A stretch of DNA of 64,000 nucleotides from Trichodelitschia bisporula. Its lineage: Eukaryota. Below the pieces are notes generated by a model. It ran no database searches, had not been told where the DNA came from, and was given only the letters and a program-made list of their open reading frames with translations. Below are positions 12,245 through 25,172 of this stretch, in pieces. Every line of letters begins with the position of its first letter. The stretch's first letter is position 1. The stretch is taken from assembly GCA_010356995.1 (NCBI GenBank), contig ML996707.1:62001-126000 (forward strand). Direction: 5' to 3'. Made by a program: the position numbers and the translations under genes.

Positions 12245-13326
12245 GAGGTCAAAGCCGCGCCGATTGACTTTTCATCACCTTGGTGCTGCTGTTGGTGGGA
12301 TATGCCGGCTTTATGCTTGCCGTGCTCAGGCCTGAAAGGGCGCTGGACGAGACTAGCGGCTTCCAACGGAGGGCCAACCGAGATATATCACCCCATAGAG
12401 CGGACCGTCCACAACCAGGACGACGCTGAATAGATCCAGACAACATCGGCAACTTCAACAACCGTGCCGATGGACCTGAGCTGCATTGATTAGACAGTTC
12501 GGTCCCTCAGTCTGGACCGTATCTTTGCAAGTCGTACGGTCTGGTGGGTCAATAACATCGCCACTTCCACCCAAAAGGACGCAATCATCATTCGCTCTAT
12601 ACACCGACGCCAGCCCGGTCCCAATCGTCGTCTCCTCCAAGCCACGTCGATGAACCATCCCCACGCGTGCTGCGGGCGCCTCGATGGGGAATAGACATCC
12701 CATCACCAGCCTCTCTCCTCCCAAAAGCGTGCCATAACCATCCACAAGAAAACATAGACACCAGACACTACCATTGAGCCCAAGTCTCAATATCCCTCTA
12801 CCTCAAGCAGTCCATCCTCAAGTACCCCTCAGCACCCTTCCAACAACCCCATGTAAAGCCCAATCCCCAAGTAATGATATCGTGAAGCAACACAAACGCC
12901 CCCGCCCCCTCAAACACCACACATGCAAACAATACGCGCATACTCCTCTTTTCATCTAAGCATACAGAGTCAGGAAACCTGTGGCAGCTCAAACCGTAAG
13001 AACAAGAGCATGCGTGAAATATGCATCCTCTCCTAACACCACTCGCTCCACCTGAACTCCACTGCGTCCTGCCCATCGTGAATACCTCCGCCGTGTCGTG
13101 AAAGAAATGAAAAAAGGAGCAGAACAGATTCGGCACAAAGCAAGCTCGTGACCCAAGTCCTCAAACGTCCAAAAGACAAAGAGGAACGAACAAGGCAATG
13201 GGTCAAGCCTCAGGTCTCGCCGTATCCACAAACTATTCTCCGGTTGACTTTCTCTCCTGTACACTCGGCAACGATTCGTAAACCGCAGTCATGTCTCGGT
13301 AGATTCCACTCTGAAGGATACAGGAA

Positions 13327-15623
13327 TCATGGGTACACGAGACGGTGGTTATGTCGACCTACAGTGTGAGGCGTCAGCTTCTGCTGCTCCGCCAAAGCCT
13401 GCGCGCGCATTTTTTCAACACGAATTCGAGCAGCTTCAGTACCATCGTCCTGGGTGGCCTCCTTGAACCATCGGTGCTTCAGCGCCTCTTTGGCAGTGAT
13501 GCGTTTGTCGGGATTGTACACGAAGATCTTGCGCAGGAGATCGAGGAACTGCCTATTGAACTCGTTTGTGGGCGGGATGGTTTCCTGGGCAATTAGCACC
13601 GGACAGAGTGGCTGGAGTCGACCTACGGTGAGCTTCTTCATCGCACGCACATACTTCCGCGACGCCTTTGTTGTGTCTGTGTTCGGGTAGTCGAGTTTCT
13701 TCTCACGAAATTTGAAGTACCTAGATGATCAGTTTCGATCAAACGGACGACGATTGGCAACGTACTGTGCAGCTGGATTCTTGGACGACGAGCCGCGCTC
13801 ACGGGATAGCACGGTCGTAACCAGGTCGCGGTCAAGCTTCGATTCGCAGACGGCCTCCATCATGGCCAGATGCTCGAGGTTGTCGTGCGTCTGGAACAGC
13901 GCGTCACCCGTGAAGAACTCGACGAGAATGCAGCCGATACTCCAAATATCGCACGGGAAGCTCCAGCCCAGATTGAGTATGATCTCCGGGGCCCGGTAGT
14001 GACGAGTCGACACGACAGACGAGTGGTACTCGTCGTTAAAGGTCGCCGAGCCGAAGTCGATAAGACGAATCTCGGGCTTGAGCAAGACCTTGCGGTGGCG
14101 CGACGTGCGCGACGTGGCGGTCGATGATGACGGAATCGTACGACCGTATGTGAACGTCTGGTACGAATTATCGACCAGCAGGATGTTCTCCGGCTTCAAG
14201 TCCGTATGAATGAGGTTAAGGTCGTGGAGGACTACGCTGTCAGCTAGTTCTTCAAGCGGCCAAGCAACTTACAGGCCACACTCGTCAAAAGCTGCCGCGC
14301 AAACAGCTGAATGTGCGAGTTTGGGAACGGTGTGAACTGGTTGCCCTTCAGAAAGTCGAACACGCTCTGACCGTACAGGTCCGTGACGATGCAGATGTGA
14401 TTTCTGAAATCGAAGCACTCCCGCAGATGAATGCAGCGGTTGACATTTTCACGGTCGTTTTCGGCCAGCGTGGCCAGAACACGCAGTTCAATACGAGACG
14501 CATCGCGATACTTTTGCACTGAGCGAATGATCTTGATCGCGCAGTTGGTGCGGTTAACGCGGTCATAGGCCTCGACGACCTTGCCAAAAGTGCCCTGCCC
14601 GAGGAGGCGCGTAATTTTATCTGACGGTCAGCGGTGAAGAGGGTATGGAAAGAAGTCGAAAAGCGCGGGTGGGGTGGGAATAGGAGGAAGAAAGTGGGAG
14701 GTATAACGGGAAGAGGAAGAATCATGACTTACAGCGCTCAGTCAGATCAGTGTTCGGCTGCACGTTGTAGTGTCCATCGTCGTCATCGACCTTCTGGTCT
14801 TTACGGCTCGAACGCTGACAAATTAGCAGTCTCCTTGCACAGAGCTGAAAAGACTTACATCCGGCACAATGTCGACATGCACGTCGCGGGCCTTGATCGG
14901 CGGGCGGGGCGGCGGCACGTACGAGCTGAATGGCGACAGTTCGCCGCGGCCCTTCGCTGCCTCAGTCTCCTCGGCAGCAACAGCGGCTCGTGTGCGCTTG
15001 CGCTTTTGTCCAACGGCCGTCGTGTCGAGCGGACGTACGTTGCCAGCTTGCGAGGCGAGCGACGTCGCAGCGGACGTGTTGTAGGCGGCCGTTGTACGAT
15101 CCGTCGACGCGGTGTTATTCGATGAAGAGGTCCCGTAGTAGGCCGGCGTCTGCGTCGTCGAGTACGTTTGCTGATACACTGGATCGAATGTTTGCCCGTT
15201 GGTCCGGCGCTTCTTATCGGTATGGCGGGTCATCGTGTTTGAGGGGGCTTGCTCTCGTGGAGGCGTGTCGGCGATGACGATGACCTCTGTCGGAACGCCG
15301 TTCTTGTAAAACTGGTTCCAATCCACAGGGCGGCGGCGCGACATGTCAGAAGTCGATGATGTGCGGGTGTCGAGGTCAGTGGAGGTGGTAGCAGGAGCGT
15401 TCAAGTGAGTGGGCAGTCGACTCGTGGCTGCAGTACGGGCGACATCGGTCGCGGACGCAGAATACCCGTTGGCCCCGTTGGCAGCGTAGTGCGCCCGGGT
15501 TTGGCGGGTTGCCGGCGGGTGAATGTGCGAGTGAGGCAGCTGGTCGTTGTGGTGAGGGTCAAATTGGTAATTGTAGTTGTTCGGGTGTGGCAGGACGGCA
15601 GCAGCCGCAGAGGAAGCCGACAT
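13327..15623 (-). CDS. lkh1: LAMMER dual-specificity protein kinase (Lkh1/Kns1/CLK); at least 5 introns, 3' end may include one more exon
   Basis: [36 protein letters not shown] and the signature EHLAMME; introns about 14858-14815, 14731-14621, 14272-14232, 13766-13721, 13626-13585. Confidence 0.95.
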
Positions 15624-15695
15624 GGCTAAGGTTGAAGCTGATGATCGATTATTCGACTGTCGAAGATATCGATTGTCGGCGGTGGAGTGGGGACG

Positions 15696-15707
15696 CTAGG
15701 TGTTCAT
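15696..15707 (-). promoter_or_regulatory. Minimal uORF (ATG AAC ACC TAG) in the LAMMER kinase leader
   Basis: Only minus-strand ATG found by eye between 15624 and about 16840. Confidence 0.4.
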
Positions 15708-18556
15708 ATCAGACGAGAGCAGGTGAAGAAGGTGCGTGTTGATGGTTGCGTCGGTTGCTCGAGGGTGTTCCCACGTTGTGTCGAGCGGGTGCGGATCTTC
15801 GGCTTCCGTCACCTTCCAAGAGACACGCTCAGCCTGTGCAGACGGCGCCAGTGGGGAGGACTGCTGGCTGAGCGCACGTCCTTGACGCGTATTTTGGGAC
15901 GATGAATGGTTTGACGATGTGGACAGTGTTTGTCTTAGCCCGAAGCAAAGGTGACAGAAGCAGAGTTGTTGCGGGGGGGGGGGGACGAAATCTGCAGAGC
16001 AAGGGACGAGGAGGCTGCAGATGGGGGAGAGCTGACGACTTGAGAGCCGGGGTGAGGTGGATTGAGAATGAACCGGGTGAAAGCGTTGGGTATCGTGCGA
16101 GATGAGGAAAAGGGTGGGTTGGTGAAGGGACGAGAGCAGACTTTAGGTTGCGGTGCAGGTTTCGTCGCTACGAAGAGCGGAAGCAAGAATTTTCAGGGTG
16201 GTTTGGAGGAAAGAGGAAGAGGTGTTCTGAGCGGGGAGCAGGTTGAAGGAAGTGGAGGAAGTGGATGGAGCGCAGCGCGGCAGAGTCAAGTCAAAAAGTG
16301 TTGTTCTTTGCGCTTGACGCCTGCGCACACACCCCGGGAAGCACCGCCGAGAAACGAAGACGAATGAGTGGGGAAGAAGGAGGAGGCGGGATGGGGGGGG
16401 ATTGGGGGAGGGGGGGGGAGGGATGGCACTTGGGGGATATGTACCACGGTACGAATGGCGTTGAATGAGGGGAAAGCGAAGCTGGATGGTACCGTAGTAG
16501 AGCGAAGATCTTTATGTCGGGATGTACGGGTACGGGTACGTATTGAATGTTGAATGCTGAATGTCGAACAGACGTCGGGATATGCGGCTAGACAGGACCG
16601 AAGCAATGTACGGATTAGTGCTGATTAGATTTCGAAGCAGAACAGTGACGAGAGAGGGATCGAGAACTGGCAGCGCTGAAGTTGCTCCGGTGAAGCGTCT
16701 CACCAAGGGCAGGCGAGCGAGCCTGACTACTAGAAGGGTTTGGAAGCGGGTGACGAAGACTGGAGTCTACGGAGTACTGTACCGTACTTTGTAGAGAAGT
16801 CGACACCTTTCAATCTTCTATTGCTATGGATCTGGCCACAGCATCAGAGTGAATTGAATCCGCCCGTTTGGCATACTGTCTGCTTGTGCTTAAGATGGAC
16901 GTAGATGCGGACGTCACTCCCCATTCGAAAGGTGCTGGTTGCTGGTGGCGAGGATGCTCGCTGGATCGTAGTATTTCATCTTCTCGGAGGCTGAGACACT
17001 ATCCGCGAATTTTTTTCGATGCTCGAATTCGATTCTACTGCCATTGTCCCAATAAATAGTCCGCGAGACGTCGGACTTTGATGCTCGCCGACCATGGGGA
17101 CGTTATCGCCATGTTGTCGCAACGTGCCCAGTTACGTAGCGTACCACTTTGTTCAAAAAGCGTTCTTGATGCTAGTTGAAATAAGGAAGTGGGCTCGCTT
17201 CGAATGGCCTTCGAGCGGCTTCAAACAAGAAGAGGCTCGTTTCGACGCGTGATGCAGCGTTTTCTCCTCTTCGCTTCAGATGCATCCCACTTCTCCCTAC
17301 CTACTGTACAGTAGTAACCTTGCCGCCTTCATCGTGACATACATGGCTGAGCAGAGGGAAAGCGACGCCCCACCCTACACCTCGGTCTGGCCACCAGCGC
17401 CGCTTCCGCCGGTTCTACGGCATCACGGCGTCTTATTCCTCCAAACTATCAACGTCTACCTATCCAAGATGCCCCGTCTCCTCACGTTTCGTCACTCCAG
17501 TTCGACTTCATCTCTTCGTCGCCCCTCATCGCCCTCATCGCCTTCATCGCTAGTCGCCACTCGCCCAACCATCTTAAGCGCGGTTGCAGCAAGCGGACGT
17601 GCGCCACGTCTTGGCCTACTGTCGTCCCGAGCGTCTTCATCAACTCATCTCCCGTCCTTCTAGCCTCTCTGCTCTGGTAAATGCAGAACGTACAATAATG
17701 GTACAATGCGGTGCGAGTCGAGTCCGCTCTGTGTATTAAGTATCATGTAGCTCCACTCTCACGCAATACAGTACGAATCTGCCCTCTCTCGACTCCGTCA
17801 ATCCCATCGCTCCCTTTATGCTCAACCATCCCCGCAACATCTCCTCCCCTACTGATGAGTCCCTCCCGCCCTTTCCGCCATCACGACCATACCCTTCCCA
17901 CAAGAAGGAAAAAAAATGTCCCCCAGTCCAGTACAGTAACCCTCGAGGCACTCGACGATCCCCCGCCCTCGTTCGCTGCAAATGCCGGTGCCATTACTGG
18001 ACTCCGCTATAGCCTTGAAACAACCGCGGCGAAACCTGCAATGCACGGCCCTTTCCCAGTCTCCCCTCCCCGAACTCGTCCCTCTTCCCATATTAGGCTC
18101 ACCAAGTCCAGCCCCCGGACTGACTTCTTATGCTGCGCTCCGCTAGAAGCAAGGTGCCAGAATGTTGCACCCAGAACCCCACCCGTTGTCCATGAACCTC
18201 GTCTAGCTGCTTGCTTAATCTACTTGATTGCAGAGCGACCACGCGCTCGGTCGAAGGACGCTCGGTCGAAGGACGCTCAAGGCGCCACATTGTTTCGGGC
18301 ACCTTACCTGTGTCGACGGTCACGGCTCTCGGCCGGGGCTAGCAGCGAGAGACTCGAGGCCGAGAGCGAGAATGGGCTTACGCCGAAGACATTGTACCGA
18401 CATGACAGGAGCTGAGATCACTGTGTCCACGGACAGTGGCAATATGTCTCGCACTGTCTTCAATTGCATTCCGAGACTGAAATACTGCTAGGCGTTCCAC
18501 ATAACACGATCCTGCGTTCCACTCGTCGTCCAACGTCCATCGTTCGACGCTGTCGG

Positions 18557-20138
18557 CTATTCCAGCGCCGTGAAGAATTCTAGCACCACTCGCGCCGCCA
18601 GGTCCACTGTGTGCTCCATCTCTGCCTGTGTAATGTTGAATGCCGGCGCCAGCAGGACGTGGTCGCCTGTGTGTCCGTTGGCTGTGCCAGTACCGGGGTA
18701 GACTGAGATGCTGTACTCGGGCTCCATGCCTGGGGCATTGGCATGGCTCTCGAATTGGTAGGTATCAACTCACCTTTCTCGTGGATGCGCATGGCAATCT
18801 TCAGTGCCGGGTCAAACGGTTCCTTGGTCGTCTTGTCCTTGACAAGCTCAATCTGCGCTTGTCAGCTCATGTTAAGTTCTGTGGAGGACGAGGAAGATTA
18901 ACCCCCCAGAAGAAACCCCTTCCCCGCACATCCCCCACATACCGACAATCTGCGAGCTTATCCCGCAGCCGCTGGCCCATCCCCTCTCCCAGTCGCGCTA
19001 CATTCGCCACTAAATTCTCCTCTCTCACAATTCTTTGCACCTCCAGGGCTGCCGCACACGCCATGGGATGCGCCTGGTATGTTTGCCCATGCACAAACAC
19101 CCCCGTGCCCGCAGTCAGCACGTCGACGACGGAACGATTGACCAACACGCCCGCCACGGGAGCGTACCCGCCTCCGAGCCCCTTGCCAATTGTTTGGATA
19201 TCCGGGACAACACCCTCGGCTTGCCACGCGTGCAGCGTGCCGCACCGCCCCATGCCGCTCATGACTTCGTCGAGGATGAGCAATGCGCCGTGCTTGCGGA
19301 CCACGGCAGCAATAGCGGGAAAGTATCCAGGCACGGGAGGAACGCAGCCGAGGGCCTGATTGGCGTTAGTACCTCGTTGAGCAACAAGACAGGAGCATAG
19401 AAGGGTAACTCACCGCTCCCACCACCGTCTCCGCCACGAATGCACACACCCTCCCCTCGCCGAGCTCCTTGAACTTTGCATCCAGTTCTGCTGCCAATCG
19501 CGCGACATATTCTCCATCGCTCTCGCCCTCCCGTCGCCCGCGGTACGCATTACACGCCGAGACGCGCGCTCCGGGCGCGAGCAGCGGCTCGTAGATGGCG
19601 CGCCGACCAGCGTGGCCGCTTGCTCCGAGCGCTCCGAGGGTGTTGCCGTGGTAGGAGCCGTCGCGGCTGATGAAAAGTGTGCGCGAGGACTCGGGATTGG
19701 GCTTCTCGAGGTGGTATTGGCGGGCGAGCTTGAGGGCAGCTTCGGTTGCTTCGGAGCCTGAATGAAGAGTTACGACGCGAGCATCATGACGCGGACGGAA
19801 CCTGTACCGGAGCTCACGATCAACGCTCGGGTCATCTTGCCCCCTGTTCCGACAGCAAGCTCGGCACAGAGCTCTTCTGCAGCAGACGTCCCGAAGAAGA
19901 GACTGTGACAGTAGGCTACGCTGTCTAACTGCTTGTTTATGGCGGCCCGGACGCGGGCGTTGCCATGACCGAGACAGGCGACTGCTGCACCGGTAGTGGC
20001 GTCGAGGAATGTCTGCCCGTTCGAGAGGGTTATGTATGACCCCGAGGCGTGGGTTACGACTGGGGGCGTGTGGTGGAGTGTACGGTGAAGGACGTGAGAA
20101 GGCACGAGGTTTGGGGGGTGCGTTGAAGGTACAGCCAT
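18557..20138 (-). CDS. Class-III PLP-dependent aminotransferase (omega-amino acid/BioA-like); 4 introns
   Basis: FLDATTGAAVACLGHGN, SGSEATEAALKLA, SYHGNT, LLILDEVMSGMGRCG, PDIQTIGKGLGGGY (PLP lysine), HGQTYQAHP, GDHVLLAP. Confidence 0.92.
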
Positions 20139-21272
20139 TCTTGCGGTGAATTGAGGGCACAATTAGAGGATGTTGAGTTGGAACGTAAGGACGACGGAGT
20201 GGGTACTATGATGGCTATCTGACAGAGAGAGCTAGTGCAAAACGTGCCCCACGCTCATGCAGCTCGATACGAAGGTCGCCAGGACAGTTTGCACAGGAAC
20301 CGAGATGGTGAGGATCAGTCATGGTACAGTGACAGCGGGACGGAGGCTTCACTCAGGAGCCTACCATGGTATGTGGCTCGAACTCACGATTGACAGAAAG
20401 CTTCACGATGTGCAAGCTTGTGCCGTCAGTTGCGATGTCGGAGGTGAAAGTGCGGGGGAGGTGAGGTTGAGGATGCGGCCTGTGATTGGAGGGGCATGTG
20501 TCGAGGATGGAAGTCATACTTTGAGACTGGAGCAGCCATTCAAAGCCGGAATGTGCCTTCAGCACCTGGCCTTCGGTAAGCCTCAATACGATATCGTGGC
20601 CCTTGAATAGTTCGTATGTCTCCATACCCGTATTCGTCCATCAGAACTCTGGCCACGGAGATACAAGGACTCGCTTCGAGCGGGTAGTGGCATATGGACA
20701 GGGCCAGTTCAGGTTAAGCGGCCGATGCAGCAAACCGATGCACCAAGCCGATGTGGTGCGCTGTCGAAGCCGAGTAGCCACGCTGTCTCTTCCTCGGGTC
20801 AAGAATTGATGTACAACAAAGACTCCCACGACTCAGATCCTCGGGTCGGTCAGATCAATGCCAGATGGGAGTCAGTCTCAGCTACAATGTACCGTACCGT
20901 ATACCATCGAGAAGAGGCAAGCCCGCACTACGGAGTACGGATGTACTCGAGACCCATCTTTGGATATGACAGACAGACCAGAAGCCATTACTACCTGTAC
21001 ATCCGTAGCACCACAGCCGCCGCTGTCTCAACCTCACCATCATGAGCTTCCCAATCCAGCACCCCCAGCCACTCTTGGCAGGCACCATAAGCCTATAGCC
21101 CACCCCTGCCCGCCACCCGTCGGCCTAGCAACCCTGGCGGTCCTGCGCCATCAGCCACGGGCGTCACGCGATAGCATCTGCTGCCTTGAGCTTCGCCTCC
21201 ATGCATTGCTCTCATCCGAACTTCACTTCCATCCCTCACTCTGCCGTGGAGTGAACCCATTTCTATCCAGTC

Positions 21273-22851
21273 ATGATCCTCTCTAAACCCATTCTCCTCG
21301 CCGCCACCGCCGCGGCTCTGCGCACCCCCTTCCAGGTCCCTATCGATAGCACGGCGGGGAGTGGCACCGATGTCGGCGATATCAACGGCAAGCTCCCGCT
21401 CGTCGACTCCGAGAAGCTGCAGGCCCTCATCAAAGGCGATGCGCTGCTCGCTCGCGCGGAGAAGCTGTACGCCATCGCACAGCTCAGTGAGGACGAGTAC
21501 AACCACCCGACGCGCGTGATCGGCAGCGAAGGCACGTCGCCCTCGCTCCTCCCCTCCCTCTCACCTACTAACCGCCACAGGTCACATCGGCACCATCGAG
21601 TACATCTACTCGTCTCTCGCTGCGCTGGGTAACTACTACAAGCTTTCGAACCAGTCCTTCCCCGCCGTCAGCGGGAATGTTTTCGAGTCGCGCCTCGTCC
21701 TCGGGCACTCCGTCCCGGCGACGGCGCAGCCCATGGGTCTCACTCCCGCTACTGCAAACAAAGAGCCGGTCTACGGACCTCTCGTCCTCGTCGCTGACGA
21801 CGGCTGCGACGCCGTTGACTACCCCTCCTCCGTGGCTGGCGCTATCGCCCTCATCCAACGCGGTACCTGCCCCTTCGGCACGAAGTCGGCACTCGCAGGG
21901 CAGGCAGGTGCACGCGCCGCCGTCGTGTACAATAACGAGCCCGGTGGCGTGTCGGGCACGCTGGGCACGCCGTCGCCGGATCACATCGCGACGTTCGGCG
22001 TGTCGAGCGAGGAGGCAGCGCCGTTTATCGACGCGCTGAAGAGTGGAGAGAGCGTAGATGCGATCGCGTACATTGACGCCGAGGTTGTGTCCATTAGCAC
22101 GACGAATGTGATCGCGCAGACCGCGGGGGGCGATCAAGATAATTGCGTCATGCTCGGCGCGCACTCGGATAGCGTTGAGGCGGGACCGGGGATTAACGAT
22201 GATGGGTCGGGCAGTCTGACCCTGCTTGAGGTCGCGAAGCAGCTTACGAAATTCGGGGTTAAGAATTGCGTCCGCTTTGCGTGGTGGGCGGGCGAGGAAG
22301 AGGGCTTGCTCGGGTCGGATTATTACGTTGCGCAGCTTCCGGCGAAGGAGAACGTCAAGATTCGCCTGTTTATGGACTACGACATGCTTGGGAGCCCGAA
22401 CTACGCCTTCCAGGTGTATGATGCGCGCGACAAGGTGAATCCAAAGGGTAGCCAGGCGCTGCGCGATTTGTACACGAGCTGGTATGAGCGCCGGGGGTTG
22501 AACTGGACGTATATCCCGTTTGATGGGCGGAGCGACTATGATGGGTTCATTCGGAACGGCATCCCTGGGGGTGGTATCGCGACGGGTGCGGAGGGGATCA
22601 AGACGGACGAGGAGGAGAAGGCGTTTGGTGGGCGGGCGGGCGACTGGTATGATCCGTGCTACCACCAGCTGTGCGATGATGTGGGGAACGTGAATGTTAC
22701 GGCGTGGGTTATTAATAGCCGGCTGGTTGCGCATTCGGTGGCGACGTATGCTGTGTCGCTGGAGGATTTCCCCGAGCGTAAGCTGGAGGAGGTGCGGAGC
22801 GCGATGGCGGAGACGGGGTGGAAGTACCATGGGCACAAGCTTGTGGTTTAG
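21273..22851 (+). CDS. APE3: M28A aminopeptidase Y / leucine aminopeptidase 2 with PA domain; GC-AG intron 21532-21580
   Basis: Signal peptide, HPTRVIGSEGH, IQRGTCPF (PA domain), LGAHSDSV, GINDDGSG, WWAGEEEGLLGS, DYDMLGSPN, DPCYHQLCD. Confidence 0.9.
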
Positions 22852-22949
22852 ATGGGGTGTTTATGTATGTTAGAGCGGCGGTGGATGGTGGTGTCCTGAT
22901 TCTTTTGTGTTTATAGAAGTTCGATCCTGGATAGTCATAGACCTATCTT

Positions 22950-24616
22950 TCATCCGCACACCGCTGCCTCGGTATTGATGCCCGTAGCCTTGCCGCCCAG
23001 CGTCTCACAGGCGACAACCTCCTCCACCACCTTCACTGGCTGCTTCGCTTCCTCCTTCGTCAGCTTTTCCTCCTCCTTTGCCAACTTCTCCTTCTCCTTC
23101 TTCGTCAACGCCAACGCACCCTTCGCAAACGCCTCCTCAGGCAGCGGGCGGATATACGGCTGACACACCCAAAACGGTCGCTTACAGCGCGCAATCGCCC
23201 CAGCCGAGGAGCGCGTATCATCCATGATCTCGCCGTCTTGCTCCGGAGACTCGGCCCTCGCAGCATTGGCAGCAGCCTCCTTCTCCTCCTCCAGCATCGC
23301 CTCCCTCGTAACTTCCTCCACTAACCGCAACACCCCCTCATACCCCACAATATCACCCCCCTTACACCTTGCCAACGCATCGCGCACATGTGTCCTCGCC
23401 GAGATCAGCGGACGCAGCAAATCGAACAGATGCGGCTGCAACGCGCCGAGATTCGGCTCCCGGACTCGGCCCTTATCCCCACCGCCACGCCTGCGCTTCT
23501 TCTGCGGTGGCTCGACGTCCTCGGCCGGAGGCGTAGGGGGATCGGCCCAAGCATCGATAGGGTCGGAGGGGAGGAAGAGCGGCCCGCGCTCGGGCGCCGG
23601 CTCGCCGAGGACCTCCGTGTGGATGATGTCCAGGTAGCGCCGCATCACGGCGTCCATGCGCCAGCCGCCGCGCCCGGAGCGACCGATCCAGTATTCTCGG
23701 CTGGCTACCGTGGGCGGCGGAGTGAAAATAGCGGGGTCGTGCAGGTTGCCCTCGGCGCACATGACAGCGTCGGCGCCCGTAGCAGCAAGGCAGCGCGCGA
23801 TATCAGCGTGCTGCAGGATGTTCCCGTTGGCAAATATGACAGTGTCGGGCGGGAGGTTGTTGCGCAGGTGGCGGATAGCGGTCCAGTCGGCCAAGCCCGT
23901 CGCGTGGCCCTTCTGGTGGCGCTGGCGGCCGTGGACGGTGATGATAGAGGCGCCGGCGGCGAGGAGGTTGCGTGCGTATGCAAGCGTCGCTTCACGGGAG
24001 TCGAGGACACGCATCTTCGCTGTTACAGGGATGTCGAGACCCGTGTGCAGGCGGTTGACGAGCCGGAAGATCAGGTCCTGGTCCTCCTGTAGGAAGGCGC
24101 CGTAGTGCCCCTTGCGCGCGATGCCCTGCGGACAGCCAAGGTTCAGGTCAACGGCATCACAGTAGGGCTGGACGTGGCGCGCAGCTTCGAGGAGCACGTC
24201 TGGGTCATTGGCACAGAATTGGACGAAGAGCGGGCGATCGGTGGCAGGGTTGCCGTCGAGGTGCGGGTCGGCATTGTTGGCCGTCTGCCACACTGGATCC
24301 GGCGGGGAGGGTATGGCGCCTTTGAGCGGTTGGAACATCTGCGCGCGATACTGCGGCGAGTCGGCAAAGAGGCGCGCGTGAAACATAGGCGTGTAGGCGA
24401 GAAGCGCCCGTTGCTGATCGGGCGGGAAGAAGGAGCGGGTCAGACGGCGCCAGGCCTTTGCTAGGTAAGTCAGAGGGGACAGGTGAAAGGGGTGGGAAGA
24501 CGTACGTATTCGGATTGATCTACCATGGGCGCGAGAACGACTTTCGGCGAGCCGAGGCTCTCGTAGAAGGCGCGGCCATGGAGTTTCGGCATTGTGGCAG
24601 GCGAGGTGGTAGCCAT
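22950..24616 (-). CDS. DUS1: tRNA-dihydrouridine(16/17) synthase; intron 24505-24456
   Basis: LAPMVDQSE, DRPLFVQFCAND, DLNLGCPQGIARKGHYGAFL, TVHGR, ANGNI, CAEGNL. Confidence 0.93.
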
Positions 24617-24953
24617 TTTACGGGAGAGACAGAGGCTCGGGGAGACCCCGCGAGGGCGGAGAGTGCGGGCGAGAATGGTTGAAGCTGGCGTTGGGGTGCG
24701 AGAGTGGGAAAGAGGAAGAGTAAGTGGTGATCTTGCGAGGTTGCAATGCTGAGGTATTGAAGTTGAGACAAGAAGGTCGCGATGCAAAAAAAGTGGTGGA
24801 GAGGCGGTGCGTGGCTGATGTGCGGCTTATGGTGGCTTGAGAATGTGGCTGATGGCTTTCCCGCGGAAAGCGGATCGGGCGAGTAGGTTAGAGCATCTGG
24901 AACAAAGATATTACGGCCCACCAGGCCACCGCCAAGCCCCAGCCTCTGGAGGG

Positions 24954-24961
24954 TATATATA
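24954..24961 (+). promoter_or_regulatory. TATA box of the U1 snRNA gene
   Basis: TATATATA about 40 nt upstream of the U1 5' end, followed by a pyrimidine tract. Confidence 0.6.
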
Positions 24962-25000
24962 CCGCCATCTTCCTCCCCTCCTCCTCTTCTTCTTTTCTTC

Positions 25001-25172
25001 ATACTTACCTTGTTGGAGCTATCCGCGCTCAAGAATGCGGAAGCTTGCCAGGACCTCCTGCATTGCACAGCGTGGAGAGGTGTTGGTATGAGTCTCCTTC
25101 GGGGGCCTCACTGGCATAATTTTTGATGGTCTGCCTTTCTTTTCATTGCTGTGTTCGCTTGATGCGGGCTGG
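25001..25172 (+). ncRNA. U1: U1 spliceosomal snRNA (3' end approximate)
   Basis: Begins ATACTTACCT (5' splice-site recognition); SL-I TCCGC/GCGGA with loop GCTCAAGAAT; SL-II loop CATTGCAC (U1A site); SL-III closed by TTCG; helix H TGTTGG/CTGGCA; Sm site AATTTTTG at 25118-25125. Confidence 0.92.

Noticed and set aside
11809..12280. Resemblance to RNase MRP (GAAAAGTC...CCCGG and GGGGCT)
   Set aside because: Would need a non-GT donor, lacks the GARAR P8 loop and the GGGGCUYAYU CR-V
16388..16422. G-quadruplex-capable G-runs (also 42821-42847)
   Set aside because: G-runs are ubiquitous at gene boundaries in this window because of the compositional skew; not distinctive
17280..18491. ORFs of 127 and 234 codons upstream of the kinase; 15-bp tandem repeat near 18245
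   Set aside because: No domain, no codon bias, GTG start; probably promoter or intergenic DNA
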